Shown piece after piece: positions 25,968-37,712 of a stretch of DNA of 64,000 nucleotides. The stretch is from Mobula hypostoma (Eukaryota). The translations under genes and the position numbers were made by a program. How positions within the stretch are numbered: the stretch's first letter is position 1; each line of letters opens with the position of its first letter. Where the stretch lies: positions 224,194,001 to 224,258,000 of the forward strand of contig NC_086097.1 in assembly GCF_963921235.1 (NCBI RefSeq), written 5' to 3'. The notes under the pieces are model-generated. The model had not been told where the DNA came from. It did no database searches and was given only the letters and a program-made list of their open reading frames with translations.

Positions 25968-26255
25968 TATCTGACACTTTGACGAACTTCTATAAATGTG
26001 TCATGGAGAATATATCGTCTGATTGCATTATGGCCTGGTGTAGAATGCTCTTGAGCATCTCAGTCAATGCTCTTGTACAGAAAAGCCTACAAAAGTAGTG
26101 GATAGGGCCCAGTCCATCATGGGTAAAGCCCTCCTGCCTCCCCCCCACCACCACTGAGCACATCTACACAGAGCGCTGTCATAGGAAAGCAGCATCTATT
26201 AATTATGATGCCCCCCCCCCCCGCCATCCAGGACATACTCTCTTCTCACTGTTGC

Positions 26256-26906
26256 TGGAGGATTACAAATACCTGGGGATACGAATTGACAATAAACTGG
26301 ACTGGTCAAAGAACACTGAGGCTGTCTACAAGAAGGGTCAGAGCCGTCTCTATTTCCTGAGGAGACTGAGGTCCTTTAACATCTGCCGGACGATGCTGAG
26401 GATGTTCTACGAGTCTGTGGTGGCCAGTGCTATCATGTTTGCTGTTGTGTGCTGGGGCAGCAGGCTGAGGGTAGCAGACACCAACAGAATCAACAAACTC
26501 ATTCGTAAGGCCAGTGATGTTGTGGGGATGGAACTGGACTCTCTCACGGTGGTGTCTGTAAAGAGGATGCTGTCCAAGTTGCATGCCATCTTGGACAATG
26601 TCTCCCATCCACTACATAATGTACTGGTTGGGCACAGGAGTACATTCAGCCAGAGACTCATTCCACTGAGATGCAGCATAGAGCGTCAGAGGAAGTCATT
26701 CCTGCCTGTGGCCATCCAACTCCTCCCTTGGAGGGTCAGACACCCTGAGCCAATAGGTTGGTCCTGGACTTATTTCCTGGCATAATTTACATATTACTAT
26801 TTAATTATTTATGGTTTATTACTATTTAATTATTTATGGTGCAACTGTAACAAAAAACAATTTCCCCGGGATCAATAAAGTATGACTATGACTATGACTA
26901 TGACTA
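26256..26906 (+). mobile_element. young Rex1 LINE 3' fragment with (TATGAC)n tail
   Basis: Uninterrupted EDYKYLGIRIDNKLDWSKNTEAVYKKGQSRLYFLRRLRSFNIC...; ends AATAAAG(TATGAC)4. Confidence 0.92.
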
Positions 26907-28239
26907 TCAGAAAGAAAGAACAGGAGCGTCAGGACCCACACCACCAGGGTTCAGGAACTGTTATTATCCCTCAGCCATCAGGCTCCTGAACCAAACGAGA
27001 TAACTTCAATCAACTTCACTCACCCCATCACTGAGCAGTTCCCACAACCTATTGACTCATTTTCAAGGACTCTTCATCTCATGATCTTGATATTTATTTA
27101 TTTATTATTATTATTTCTTTTTTCTCTTTCTTTTTGTATTTACATGGTTTGTCTTTTTTTTTGCGGATTGGTTGTTGTCTGTCAAGTTGGTTGTGGTCTT
27201 TCATTGATTCTATTGTGTTTCTTGTATTTACTGTGACTGCCTGCAAGGAAATGAATCTCAGGGTTGTATATGGTGACATATATGTACTTTGATAATTAAT
27301 TCGATTTGAACTTTGAGAATGCAGTGACATTGCTACAGAAGTATAACTTTAAGAGCCCAGAATGGACTCAAGAAATCAGGCTAAGATTTTGAAGGCTTCA
27401 TTGAATTTCAGTCAGATGCTTATACCCTTTTACACCTGCTTTAAAGTAATACCTGCATCAGTGGGAATACAGTGGTGTGGACCTGTGAAACTCTCAGGTG
27501 CCTCTAGGGGGCAATGCTGGGTGTAATTTCTCCATTTTGAGGAAACACAAGGTGGTAGTTCCCAATAAATTAGATGGAAAATAATGCACAGAAATGGGCC
27601 AGTCAGTTCAAATGGTGCATGCTAGTGTTTATATGCCAACTCCCAGTCTTTAAACAGAGAATTCACTTATGTAATGGTAAGGAGCTGGTCACAAATGAGC
27701 TGCACATTGGGAGAGTAAAACTTTTCCTTAGGTCAAGGGATTGTGACTGCATTAATGAAATCTTTAACTTCTGGGACCTTGTGGATATTGCCACACAGCA
27801 ACATATTATTTCTGCTGTGTCTGGAAATGTGTAAACTGGCTCATTAAAACTGACACCACTTTCAGTGTGGGGGAATAACAGCTCTGGAGGGCGGTTTTCT
27901 TCTGGTGTGTTTATGATTCTGCACAAATGGAGCAGAAATGATGGAAAATGGAGCATATGACATCAGCAGATTATTGCTGTCCCCTGCCCAGTCATTTACT
28001 GGAAGATTGGGCTGGCTTGGGTTCAGGTAGTGATCAGGTTCAGCATTTCAATGGTTTCTACTTCCTAAAGCCCAGTAAGATGCACAGATGTGAGGAGGGA
28101 CATTTACCGTAAGGGATGGATTCTCCATCCCAAGGCAAACATTCCAACTCTGGAAAAAATGAACATTTAGATGAGACGTCTGTCTTTGAATGATGATCAG
28201 ATTAGACATAGTGCTGCTGGCCTTGTGATTAGGTCTGAA

Positions 28240-28742
28240 ATAATACTGAGTACAGGAGATGAGATCTTATGTTGAAGTAGTATAAGACATTAGTGAGTTA
28301 TAAGGAAAGATTGAATAGGTTAAGACTTTATTCCTTAGAACTTAGAAGATTGCGATGAAATTTGATAGAGTTAATACAAAATTATAAGGCGTATAGATAG
28401 GGTAAATGCAAGCATGCTTTTCCCACAGAGCTTGGGTGAGACTGCAACTAGAGGTCATGGGTTAAGGGCGAGGGGTGAAAAGTTTAAGGGAATCATGAGG
28501 GGAAACTTCTTCATTCAGAGGGTCATGAGAGTGTGAAGCGAGCTGCCAGTGCAAATGGTGCATGCGAACTCAATTTCAACATTTAAGAGAAGTTTGGATA
28601 AGTACATGGATGGTAGGGGTATGAAGGGCTATGGTCTGGATGCAGGTTGATGGGACTAGGCAGTTTAAGTGGCTTGGCATGGATTAGATAGGCTGAAGGG
28701 CCTCTTTGTGTTGCACTTTTCTATGACTATATGACTCTATGT
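28240..28742 (+). mobile_element. CR1 3' remnant with internal deletion
   Basis: SYKERLNRLRLYSL; RGHGLRARGEKF; ttctatgactatatgactctatg tail. Confidence 0.8.
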
Positions 28743-29820
28743 CACTAATACAGATAGAAGTCTTGCATTTAAAGCCTGCCGGTATAATGTTAAGGTGGCT
28801 GATGAGAAGGCATGGCTGTTTGAAACAGAAGGCTTAATGTGGCTTTGGTTTGGCTGATCTTTAAAGGGGTAATTTTAAAATCCTGCTCTGGGTCACGAGG
28901 GCAATGGTATTGCAGCAGAAAACTCGTGACAAGGAGGTGGCAGGAATGGATAGGCACACATTACGAAGTTATACTTGTATCTTCCAATGAGAAGACTGGG
29001 AATAAGCAGCAACAGAATCAATGGTAGATCTTCCTGAAGTCATTGATGAGCATTTTGTAAAGGTTATGACCACTTTGTTGACTCCAGATTTAAACTATGG
29101 CGCTAAAGGTACAGAGTAACAGCTAGGCATCTGAAATATGCCCAGTGCTCCCTATTTCCATCCAGAGCATTTTATTTAACTCTTTACCTGAAGCTGTAGT
29201 AGAATTCTGGGCTGTGCATCACTTTTCCTTGGTCCTAACTCTCTTCCATATGGAAACTGCAAACACACCTTCCTTACAACATCCTATGCATGACAGTGAC
29301 TCCCTCAGTTATTACGGTCATCCTTGTCTGCAATACGGCTCTTGTCATTCTCTTCGAGTCTTGATCTCCTGAGAAAACAATCACATTTCTTCTTTTCCCT
29401 CCTCTGTAGGGAGAAGGGACCTGGGAAACTCAAGCCACCTGTGAGTCATCTGGCACATACAAAATAATTCTGAACAATCTCCTCTGTTCAAGGGCTTGGT
29501 AGCCTGTTCCTGCTTACTTCAAGAGTCTCAAAGAACACCTTGGACCACCTGAAGTGCTTATTTTTCCAGTGAGTTGACTGTAAAAGCTTCCAGGTTTCAA
29601 GCTGACGGCTCAAGTTGGCATCTGTGCATCTTCAATATTTGTTGTAATTTGGAGCTGTATCCTTCAGTTGGAGACTGCTCGCTGGAATGTTGACAAGCCT
29701 CTCGATGGCAGCCCTTTTGTTCTGAAGTTTGAAGCCAACAGTGCATGAATGTTTTCCATAAATTACCAGAGTCTCCAGGTTAGAGCTATAGGCAATAAAG
29801 CTGACTAATGTTCTAATCCA

Positions 29821-30315
29821 CAGTACTGTGCAGAAGTCTTAGGCACATACAGTATATATAGCTAGGGTGTCCAAAGCTTTTGTACAGGACTATATTTGTC
29901 AATGTGGAGCGGAGAGTGAGTTTGTAAACCTGGCAGGAGCAAAGGATGTTGGGACTGGCAAGGGCGGAGTGTCACGGAATGAGTGTGGGATAGGTGGCAG
30001 AGAAGGGGTGCCAGGTTGGGGGTGGTGTGGGTGCATATACACTCAGTCCTGAGACACCAGTCAAGGTTATTTGATTCCAAACAATTGCTTTATTAGTCAT
30101 TATAGAATGTCTCTCTGGGGCTTCTCACTCCCTATCCTCCCCTTTACCCTTTTCCCAACCATGACTCCCGTCTTCCTATTCCCTTCTAGTCTCAGTCCAC
30201 AATAGAGACCCATTTCAGAATCAGGTTAATCATTTACTCAGATACGTCATGGCGGCAGTGCAGTGCAATATGTAAAATTACCATGGTACTGTGCAAAAGT
30301 CTTAGGCACCCTAGC
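29821..30315. mobile_element. Tc1/mariner-like MITE composite with fold-back ends
   Basis: CAGTACTGTGCAGAAGTCTTAGGCAC at 29821, its imperfect inverse at 29861-29893, and a further copy GGTACTGTGCAAAAGTCTTAGGCACCCTAGC at about 30285-30315. Confidence 0.7.
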
Positions 30316-30784
30316 ACACAGATTGACGGCTTACATAGTATCTTGCAGTGTAGGCTGATATAGAGGAAACGACTATTCATCATCAGGCCTTTGAGATCAT
30401 TTGGAATGAATTAAAATGGGTGCTTCTGAAATATCAGAAATGTCATTTGAGGGATCTAAAAACTTTGCCTTCTGCAAGAGAGTTCAGATTTTATTTAATC
30501 TTTAGGTTTCTGCCAGATCCGGCAGGTACCATTAAGTTTACTCCCCCACCTGTCAGCAGCCGTCAACATCACCCCAGGCTGCCTGGTACCCGGCAGGGCA
30601 CTTGGTGCAGCAATCATTGGCATTGATTGGGTACTCCACTGATCTGGATTGGGCCTATAGCAGATAACCTTCTCTCTCTCAACCTTACCTCCATGGTCCT
30701 GACCCTGGACATGTGAAGCACCTGTTGAGTGTTTATGAGTGTGTAGTCATTGGTGCACCATGTTGCGTGGCCAAGTAAAATATC

Positions 30785-31055
30785 TTTTATTTATTGAGAT
30801 ACAGTGTGGAATTGTCTCTTCCAGCCCTTCGAGCCATGCTGCCCAGTAACCGCTGATTTAACTCCAAACTAATCACACGACAATTTAAAATGACCAATTA
30901 CTGGTACGTCTTTGGACCGTGGGAAGAAACCAGAGCACCTGGAGGAAACCCATGCAGTCATGGGGAGAACGTATAAACTGCTTACAGGCAGTGGTAGGAA
31001 TTGAACCGGGTTGCTGGTACTGTACAGTGTTGTGCTAGCCACCACGCTACAGTGC
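30785..31055 (-). mobile_element. tRNA-derived V-SINE
   Basis: Reverse-complement B box ggaattgaacc (about 30997), A box gctagccaccacgcta, V-core. Confidence 0.85.
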
Positions 31056-31469
31056 TATGCTTATTTAATTTATTTAAAAAATATATATTTACTGTTATCT
31101 TTTATGGCACATTACAATTTCTCAGCTCAGCTGTGTAGATCATCCCCACATCTGAACCCAAGTGTAAGATTTTTACACTCAGCCTTTCGGAACGTGATGA
31201 ACCTGGAATCTTCTGATTTAAGAGACAAAGTTGTCACAAACCAGAGTTCACATTAGTCCCAATGAGGCTTTTATTTAGATAATGGGCTCCTTCAAACGAG
31301 CTCTAGGCTGAGCATAAGTATGGCAGTAACAAGGGCAAGTATTTTAACAAGGAATAATTTGTGTTAATTTCCATCTATGGTGACGAAAGCTGCACCTGAG
31401 AGAACTTCCATTCCAAATATCCTGAAGACGTTCCTCATCTTTGTATATGGATAAACAAGATTCCTCTCC

Positions 31470-31778
31470 CACAACTACCATCAAGGAGGAAGTACAGGAG
31501 CTTGAAGACGCACGTTCAACTTTTCAGGAACAACTTCTTCCCCTCCGCCATCACACTCCTGAATGGACGATGAACCCACGTATGCTACCTAACTATTTTT
31601 TCCCCTTTTTTTTTGCTCTCTTTTTGCACTATTTATTTAATTTAAATTTTTATAATTATTTGTTATTGTAATTTATTGTTTTATTATTATTACGTTTTGC
31701 AGTGTTCTGTTGCCGCAAAATAACAAATTTCACAACATGGAAGGAAAGGAATATTAAACCTGACACTGATTCTGATTC
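31470..31778 (+). mobile_element. Rex1-type 3' end with (TGATTC)n tail
   Basis: LPSRRKYRSLKT..FRNNFFP; tattaaacctgacactgattctgattc. Confidence 0.75.
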
Positions 31779-31943
31779 AGGTGGACGTAGTTCTGGTGAG
31801 GACAGAGTTACTGAAGATACCAGTCGTGGTAACAAAACTTGTCCTAATAATGGTACAATGGTGATAATGGTGGTGGCAGGGATGATGGTGATCATATCAG
31901 GGATGACAATGGTGATTGAACACAGCGCTGAAGGTATCTGGGG

Positions 31944-32132
31944 CAACAAACATTAAAATGCTGGAGGAACTCAGCAAGTCACGCAGCAGCAATGGAGGAG
32001 AATAAACTATTGATGTTTTGGGCCGAGATCCTTCATCAGAACTGTTTATTCCCCTCCATAGATGCTGCCTGACTGGTTGAGCAGGTTGAGCTGCTCCAGC
32101 TTTTTGTGTGTGTTGCTCAAGATTTCAGAACC
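31944..32132. mobile_element. Penelope-like terminal sequence in inverted (fold-back) arrangement
   Basis: A minus-orientation copy at 31944-32040 is joined directly to a plus-orientation copy at 32041-32132. Confidence 0.75.
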
Positions 32133-32137
32133 ACTTG

Positions 32138-32515
32138 TGTTTGAAACATATAAGATTATTGAGGGATTAGACATGCTGGAGGCAGGAAGCATGTTCCCGC
32201 TGATGGGTAAGTCCAGAACTAGAGGCCACAGTTTAAGAATAAGGGTTAGGCCATTTAGAACGGAGTTGAGGAGAAACTTTTTCACTCAGAGAGTGGTGGA
32301 TATGTGGAATGCTCTGCCCCAGAAGGCAGTGGAGGCCAAGTCTCTGGATGCTTTCAAGAAAGAGATGGATAGAGCTCTTAAAGATAGTGGAATCAAAGGT
32401 TATGGGGATGAGGCAGGAACTGGATACTGATTGTGGATGATCAGCCATGATCACAGTGAATGGTGGTGCTGGCTCGAAGGGCCGAATGGCCTACTCCTGC
32501 ACCTATTGTCTATCG
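32138..32515 (+). mobile_element. young CR1 3' end
   Basis: ETYKIIEGLD..RTRGHSLRIRVRPFRTELRRNFFTQRVVDMWNALP, open to the stop; CR1 3' UTR. Confidence 0.9.
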
Positions 32516-33303
32516 TAATTCTATGATGTAATTTTATTGCTAAATTGAAAATGCACTTGTTACTAATAACTAAAAAAAAAATCCTTAATGTAGGTTAGTA
32601 GAAGCGTTTTGGTACAAATGCTTGAAAGAGAACAAATCAGGGGTTGTCTGTGCAGAGGACAAAATAATTCAGCTTTCTGGTGTGGCATCAACATCGATCT
32701 GCTTAACAGCAGATGACATGAAGTTTACTTACCACCTCAGCAAAGATGGTTGTTCAAATGCAGTATTTAACAGATTTCCTGCTTACATAGTTGATTTTTT
32801 CTACCTTCAAGGTCACTTGTTGTTTAGTGTATAAAAGTAGTGCTTGCATTTATGTTATACCTCTCACCATCTCTGGAAATCAAGAAGTGCTTTAGAGAAA
32901 ATGAATTAGTTATTGTTCTAATGTTGGGAGGTGTGGCAGCCATGTTTCACAGAGCAAGAGACCAAAAAGTTTTCCAAGGTGCACCCACCTGCGCCAGCTT
33001 CTGGGGTTTAGATGCTCTAACTCTCTGGAGTATGATTAGCTGACACGGCCCCTTTAAGGGTTGAGGACCGTCCCGCTAATTGGCAATCATGTTTTCAGCG
33101 CCAGGAGTTGAGGATTTAAAGAGCACCTGAATGGAGCACCAGTGCTGAATTGTAAGCCCAACCAAAGATTGTCTAGCATTTTGCTTTGTGCTCAATTCTT
33201 CATCCAGTTTTATTCTGTGTCTTGATCCTAGCCTCGGATACCCCTGCATTTGGGTCTGAACTATCCTCGTCAAGGACTTCCTTCACAGTATGATTGAGCC
33301 AGT

Positions 33304-34190
33304 TTGGACTCAGCTGGGTATCAGACTCTTTTGGCCACTGTGACCAGCCACAGTGAGAAGATTTCCAGACGGAGCCTGGAGATTCACGGCCTCCAGGTAG
33401 CTGTTTGTCAACTTTCACAAGGAGGAGTCAGAGTCGTTCATGGAAGCTGGTCAGTCTCTCTGCAGAGCCAGTACATCTTCCGACTCCGGAGAGATTCAAC
33501 AGTGACCGGGCTCCTACCGTGGCTTCCTCATTCAATGCTCCTTAGTGTTCAAACTCCAGCCATCCTGGTTCCCTTCGGAGTGTGGAAAGGTGGCCTTCAG
33601 AATCTCTCTTCTGACTGGGAGAGATTTGGCCTGGGCCACCGCACATTGGGAACAAATGTTGGGGGTTTGCTCGGATTCAGATGGGTTCATGGCCGCCGTG
33701 AGAACGGCATTCCATCACCCTGCCAGACCCAGTTGAGCCTTGGACTGTCTGATAAAGGTTTGACAGGGTGGATGGTCAACAGCCGACTGTGCTATCGAGT
33801 TTCAGGCCTTGGCCCAAGAGAGTGGTTGGTATGGGGAGGCCTTGCCCATTCGATACTGCAACCGACACCGACACCAATACAAACTGAAGGATGCCCTCAC
33901 TTGAGCGACCCAGAAGAGGACTTAGAGGTTCTGATTGACCAATCCATTCATCTCGATAATCATCTGGCAGAGTGTAAGCAGGACTACGTCAAGAGGTCAA
34001 AGATGGTTAGCCTGAGCTTAGCCTCGACGCATCATAGTTCCACCCCACCATCTTGGACCATGACCTGCCCGTCCCCCCTTCAGGACTCAAGTCAAACCCA
34101 TACAGACTGGCTGCATTAGACTCTCCGTCAGTGAGGTGGCTGCTATTATTGTGGGGCGACAGGCCACCTGCGGGCCAAATCCCTGAAGTG
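33304..34190 (+). pseudogene. gag: Sushi-type gag (PEG10/RTL-like), frameshifted
   Basis: (M)DSA start; PERF..GFLIQCSLVFKLQPSWFPSE; degenerate CCHC at 34141-34185. Confidence 0.8.
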
Positions 34191-35078
34191 GCAGCCATTG
34201 AGGGAACAGCAAAGGGACATTCAGTGTCGAGAGGACTGTGATGGTAGCAGCCACTACTCCCAATCCCATGGATTCTGGTTTCATGCTGAAGGTGAATATC
34301 ACCCGGGGTAAGAACCGGAGACAGGTGAGGGCTTTTGTGGACTCTAGGGCAGGAGGCAATTTTCTGGATAGGGGAACCACCCATCGATTCGACGTTTTGC
34401 TGCAAGAGTTGAGCTAGTCCCTGCTTGCAACTGTCATGGAAAGTTCCGGGCAGACCCAGCAACAGATAGTGGTCTTGTAGATGAGGACAGAGGATCAGGT
34501 GGAAGCCATTGGTTTCTACATGATTGGCTCACTATTCATACTCTTGATAACTGGGTACCCTCCGCTTTCCCAGCATAACCCATCTGTGGACTGGAGGGAG
34601 GGGAGAATCATTGCTTGGTCCAGCCATTGCAAGAGGGTATGTTTGCGGTGTGGTGTTCCAACCCCCCAGAATCTCCTGAGACCACGAACAAGGATGTGGC
34701 CTTCAGTGCGAGGTAACCTGAGGCCTTCTGGGGACCTAAATCTGCCCTCAAGGACAGACAAACCGGTTCCAGCTAATGGGACTCTATCTGCCTCAACCCT
34801 GTTTATTCAGAACTGCACGGGAAGCAGAGAGAAAGAATCTCTAGATCAGGTGAAGACCAAGGAGATGCCCGAGCTGTCTGGAGCTCTTGCAGCTATGTCT
34901 AGGGAATCCAGCCACCAGGTGTCGAGAAAAAGAAAGACTCCTGTACGCAGATCCTTGAAGCCTTCTCCCGGGGGGGGGGGGGTTGGGGTGGGAAGCAAGG
35001 ACCCTTTGTAATGCCTCACTGCTGTCACCTGAGGATTTGGACTCTGATTTGGCCACAGTTTATACAAATGAGTTTTGT

Positions 35079-36965
35079 GAACATAGAACATAGAAAACCT
35101 ACAGCACAGTACAGGCCCTTTGGCCCACAAAGTTGCGCTGAACATGTCCCTACCTTAGAAATTACTAGGCTTACCTATAGCCCTCTATTTTACTAAGCTC
35201 CATGTACCTATCCAAAAGTCTCTTAAAAGACCCTATCGTATCCGCCTCCACCACCATTGCTGGCAGCCCATTCCACGCTCTCACCACTCTCTGAGTAAAA
35301 AACTTACCTTGACATCTCCTCTGTACCTACTCCCCAGCACCTTAAACCTGTGTCCTCTTGTGGCAACCATTTCAGCCCTGGGAAAAAGCCTCTGACTATC
35401 CACATGATCAATGCCTCTCATCATCTTATACACCTCTATCAGGTCACCTCTCATCCTCTGTCACTCCAAGGAGAAAAGGCCGAGTTCACTTAACCTATTC
35501 TCATAAGGCATGCTCCCCAATCCAGGCAACATCCTTGTAAATCTCCTCTTCACCCTTTCTACGGTTTCCACATCCTTCCTGTAGTGAGGTGACCAGAACT
35601 GAACACAGTACTCCAAGTGTGGTCTGACCAGGGTCCTATATAGCTGCAACATTACCTCTCGGCTGTTAAATTCAATTCCACAATTAATGAAGGCCAATAC
35701 ACCGTACGCCTTCTTAACCACAGAGTCAACCTGCGCAGCTGCTTTGAGCGTCCTATGGACTCAGACCCAAGATCCCTCTGATCCTCCACGCTGCCAAGAG
35801 TCTTACCATTAATACTATATTCTGCCATCATATTTGACCCACCAAAATGAACCACTTCACACTTATCTGGGTTGAACTCCATCTGCCACTTCTCAGGCCA
35901 GTTTTGCATCCTATCAATGTCCCGCTGTAACCTCTGACAGCACTCCACACTTTCCACAACACTTCCAACCTTTGTGTCATTAGCAAACTTACTAACCCAT
36001 CCCTGCACTTCCTCATCCAGGTCATTTATAAAAATCACGAAGAGTAAGGGTCCCCAAACAGATCCCTGAGGCACACCACTGGTGACCGATATCCATGCAG
36101 AATATGACCTGTCTACAACCACTCTTTGCCTTCTGTGGGCAAGCCAGTACTGGATCCACAAAGCAATGTCCCGTTGGATCCCATGCCTCTTTACTTTCTC
36201 AATAAGCCTTGCATGGGGTACCTTATCAAATGCCTTGCTGAAATCCATATATGCTACATCCACTGCTCTTCCTTCATCAGTGTGTTTAGTCACTTCCTCA
36301 AAAAAATTTAATCAGGCTCGTAAGGCAAGATCTGCCCTTGACAAAGCCATGCTGACTATTCCTGATCATATTATACCTCTCTAATTGTTCATAAATCCTG
36401 CCTATCAGGATCCTCTCCATCAACTTACCAACCACTGAAGTAAGGCTCACTGGTCTATAATTTCCTGGGCTATCTCTACACCCTTTTTTCAATAAAGGAA
36501 CAACATTCGCAACCCTCCAATCTTCCGGAACCTCTCCTGTCCCCATTGATGATGCAAAGATCATCGCCAGAGGCTCAGCAATTTCTTCCCTCACTTCTCA
36601 GAGTAGCCTGGGGTACATCTCATCTGGTCCCGGTGACTTATCCAACTTGATGCTTTCCAAAAGCTCCAGCACATCCTCTTTCTTAATATCTACATGCTCA
36701 AGCTTTTCAGTCTGCTGAAAGTCATCACTACAACCACTAAGATCCTTTCCCATAGTGAATACTGAAGTAAAGTATTCATTAAGTACCTCTGCTATTTCCT
36801 CCGGTTCCATACACACTTTCCCACTGTCACACTTGATAGGTCCTATTCTTTCACGTCTTATCCTCTTGCTCTTCACATACTTGTAGAATGCCTTGGGGTT
36901 TTCCTTAATCCTGCCAGCCAAGGCCTTCTCATGGCCCCTTCTGGCTCTCCTAATTTCCTTCTTAA
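35079..36965 (-). mobile_element. young 5'-truncated CR1 inserted in Gypsy pol
   Basis: Long minus ORFs KSPGPDEMYPRLL, SQHGFVKGRSCLT, YMDFSKAFDKV, SGVPQGSV, FANDTK; (AACATAG)n tail at 35079. Confidence 0.93.
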
Positions 36966-37556
36966 CCTAGGGAGGGGACTCTGAGGCCTGTTGAATCACC
37001 CCTGCCGCCTCAGAAGTCATCCTTGTAGGAAGGTCTGGAGGAGATTGCAAACTCAAACTAGTCAAAATTCCTTCCGTCTACAAGGGCTTGGAGGAGCTCT
37101 TCAGCAAGGGAGAGGCCTTGACTCTTCCAGCACACCAACCCTACGACTGTACTATAGACCTGCTGCCTGGGAGGTGGAGATGTTGATTGTCCACACTTTC
37201 AGGCCCAGAGAGAAGTGCAGTGGAGGAGTATATAAGAGAGGTTTTTGCCACGGGCTTCATTCAGCCCTCCATCTCACCAGCTGGCACTAGCTTCTTCTTC
37301 ATACATGCCTGTGGGCGTGCATTGATTAAACCGCGTGATGGCCAAGAATCGTTACCCCTTTCACTCATGAATGCCACCTTCAAGATGCTCCAAGGTGCAA
37401 TAGCATTCACGAAGCAAGACCTGTGGAGTGCATATTATCTGGTCCGTATAAAGGAGGGTGATGAGAGAAACACTGCACTAAGTACACCGAGAGGAACTGT
37501 GAGCTTATGCCCTTCAGTCTTATGAATGCTCCAGTGGTCTATCAGACCTTTATAAA

Positions 37557-37712
37557 CCCTAACAGCACTGTGTGTTTACCTACACCTCTGGAACTGCAGC
37601 GGTCCAAGAAGGCAGCTCATCACCACCTTCGCAAGGGCAACTAGGGATGGGCAATAAATGATGGCTTAGCTGGCAACGCCCACATCCTGTAAATGAATAA
37701 ATAAAAAAAAAA
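37557..37712 (+). mobile_element. short non-LTR 3' end with A-rich tail inserted in Gypsy RT
   Basis: Splits F-I/N-D-V-L-R; ends aatgaataaataaaaaaaaaaa. Confidence 0.75.

Larger units (their letters stand above)
25405..27315 (+). mobile_element. Rex1-type LINE remnant hosting a CR1 and a second Rex1 insertion
   Basis: RFGMS (about 25406), then SDTLTNFYKCV..IMAW (25970-26255), then resumes at 26906 with a 3' UTR and (TTTGAAC) tail. Confidence 0.75.

Noticed and set aside
29668..29799. Possible terminal exon LETARWNVDKPLDGSPFVLKFEANSA* followed by AATAAA
   Set aside because: Weak polypyrimidine tract, unrecognised peptide and no partner exons. Compatible with chance.
33304..34119. 271-aa ORF as an intact or domesticated gag (PEG10/RTL-like) gene
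   Set aside because: Mostly out of frame with the real gag motifs, non-ATG start, inside a decayed LTR element.
34198..34215. PEG10-like GGGAAAC -1 frameshift site
   Set aside because: The position fits, but the sequence is AGGGAAC, too decayed to call.
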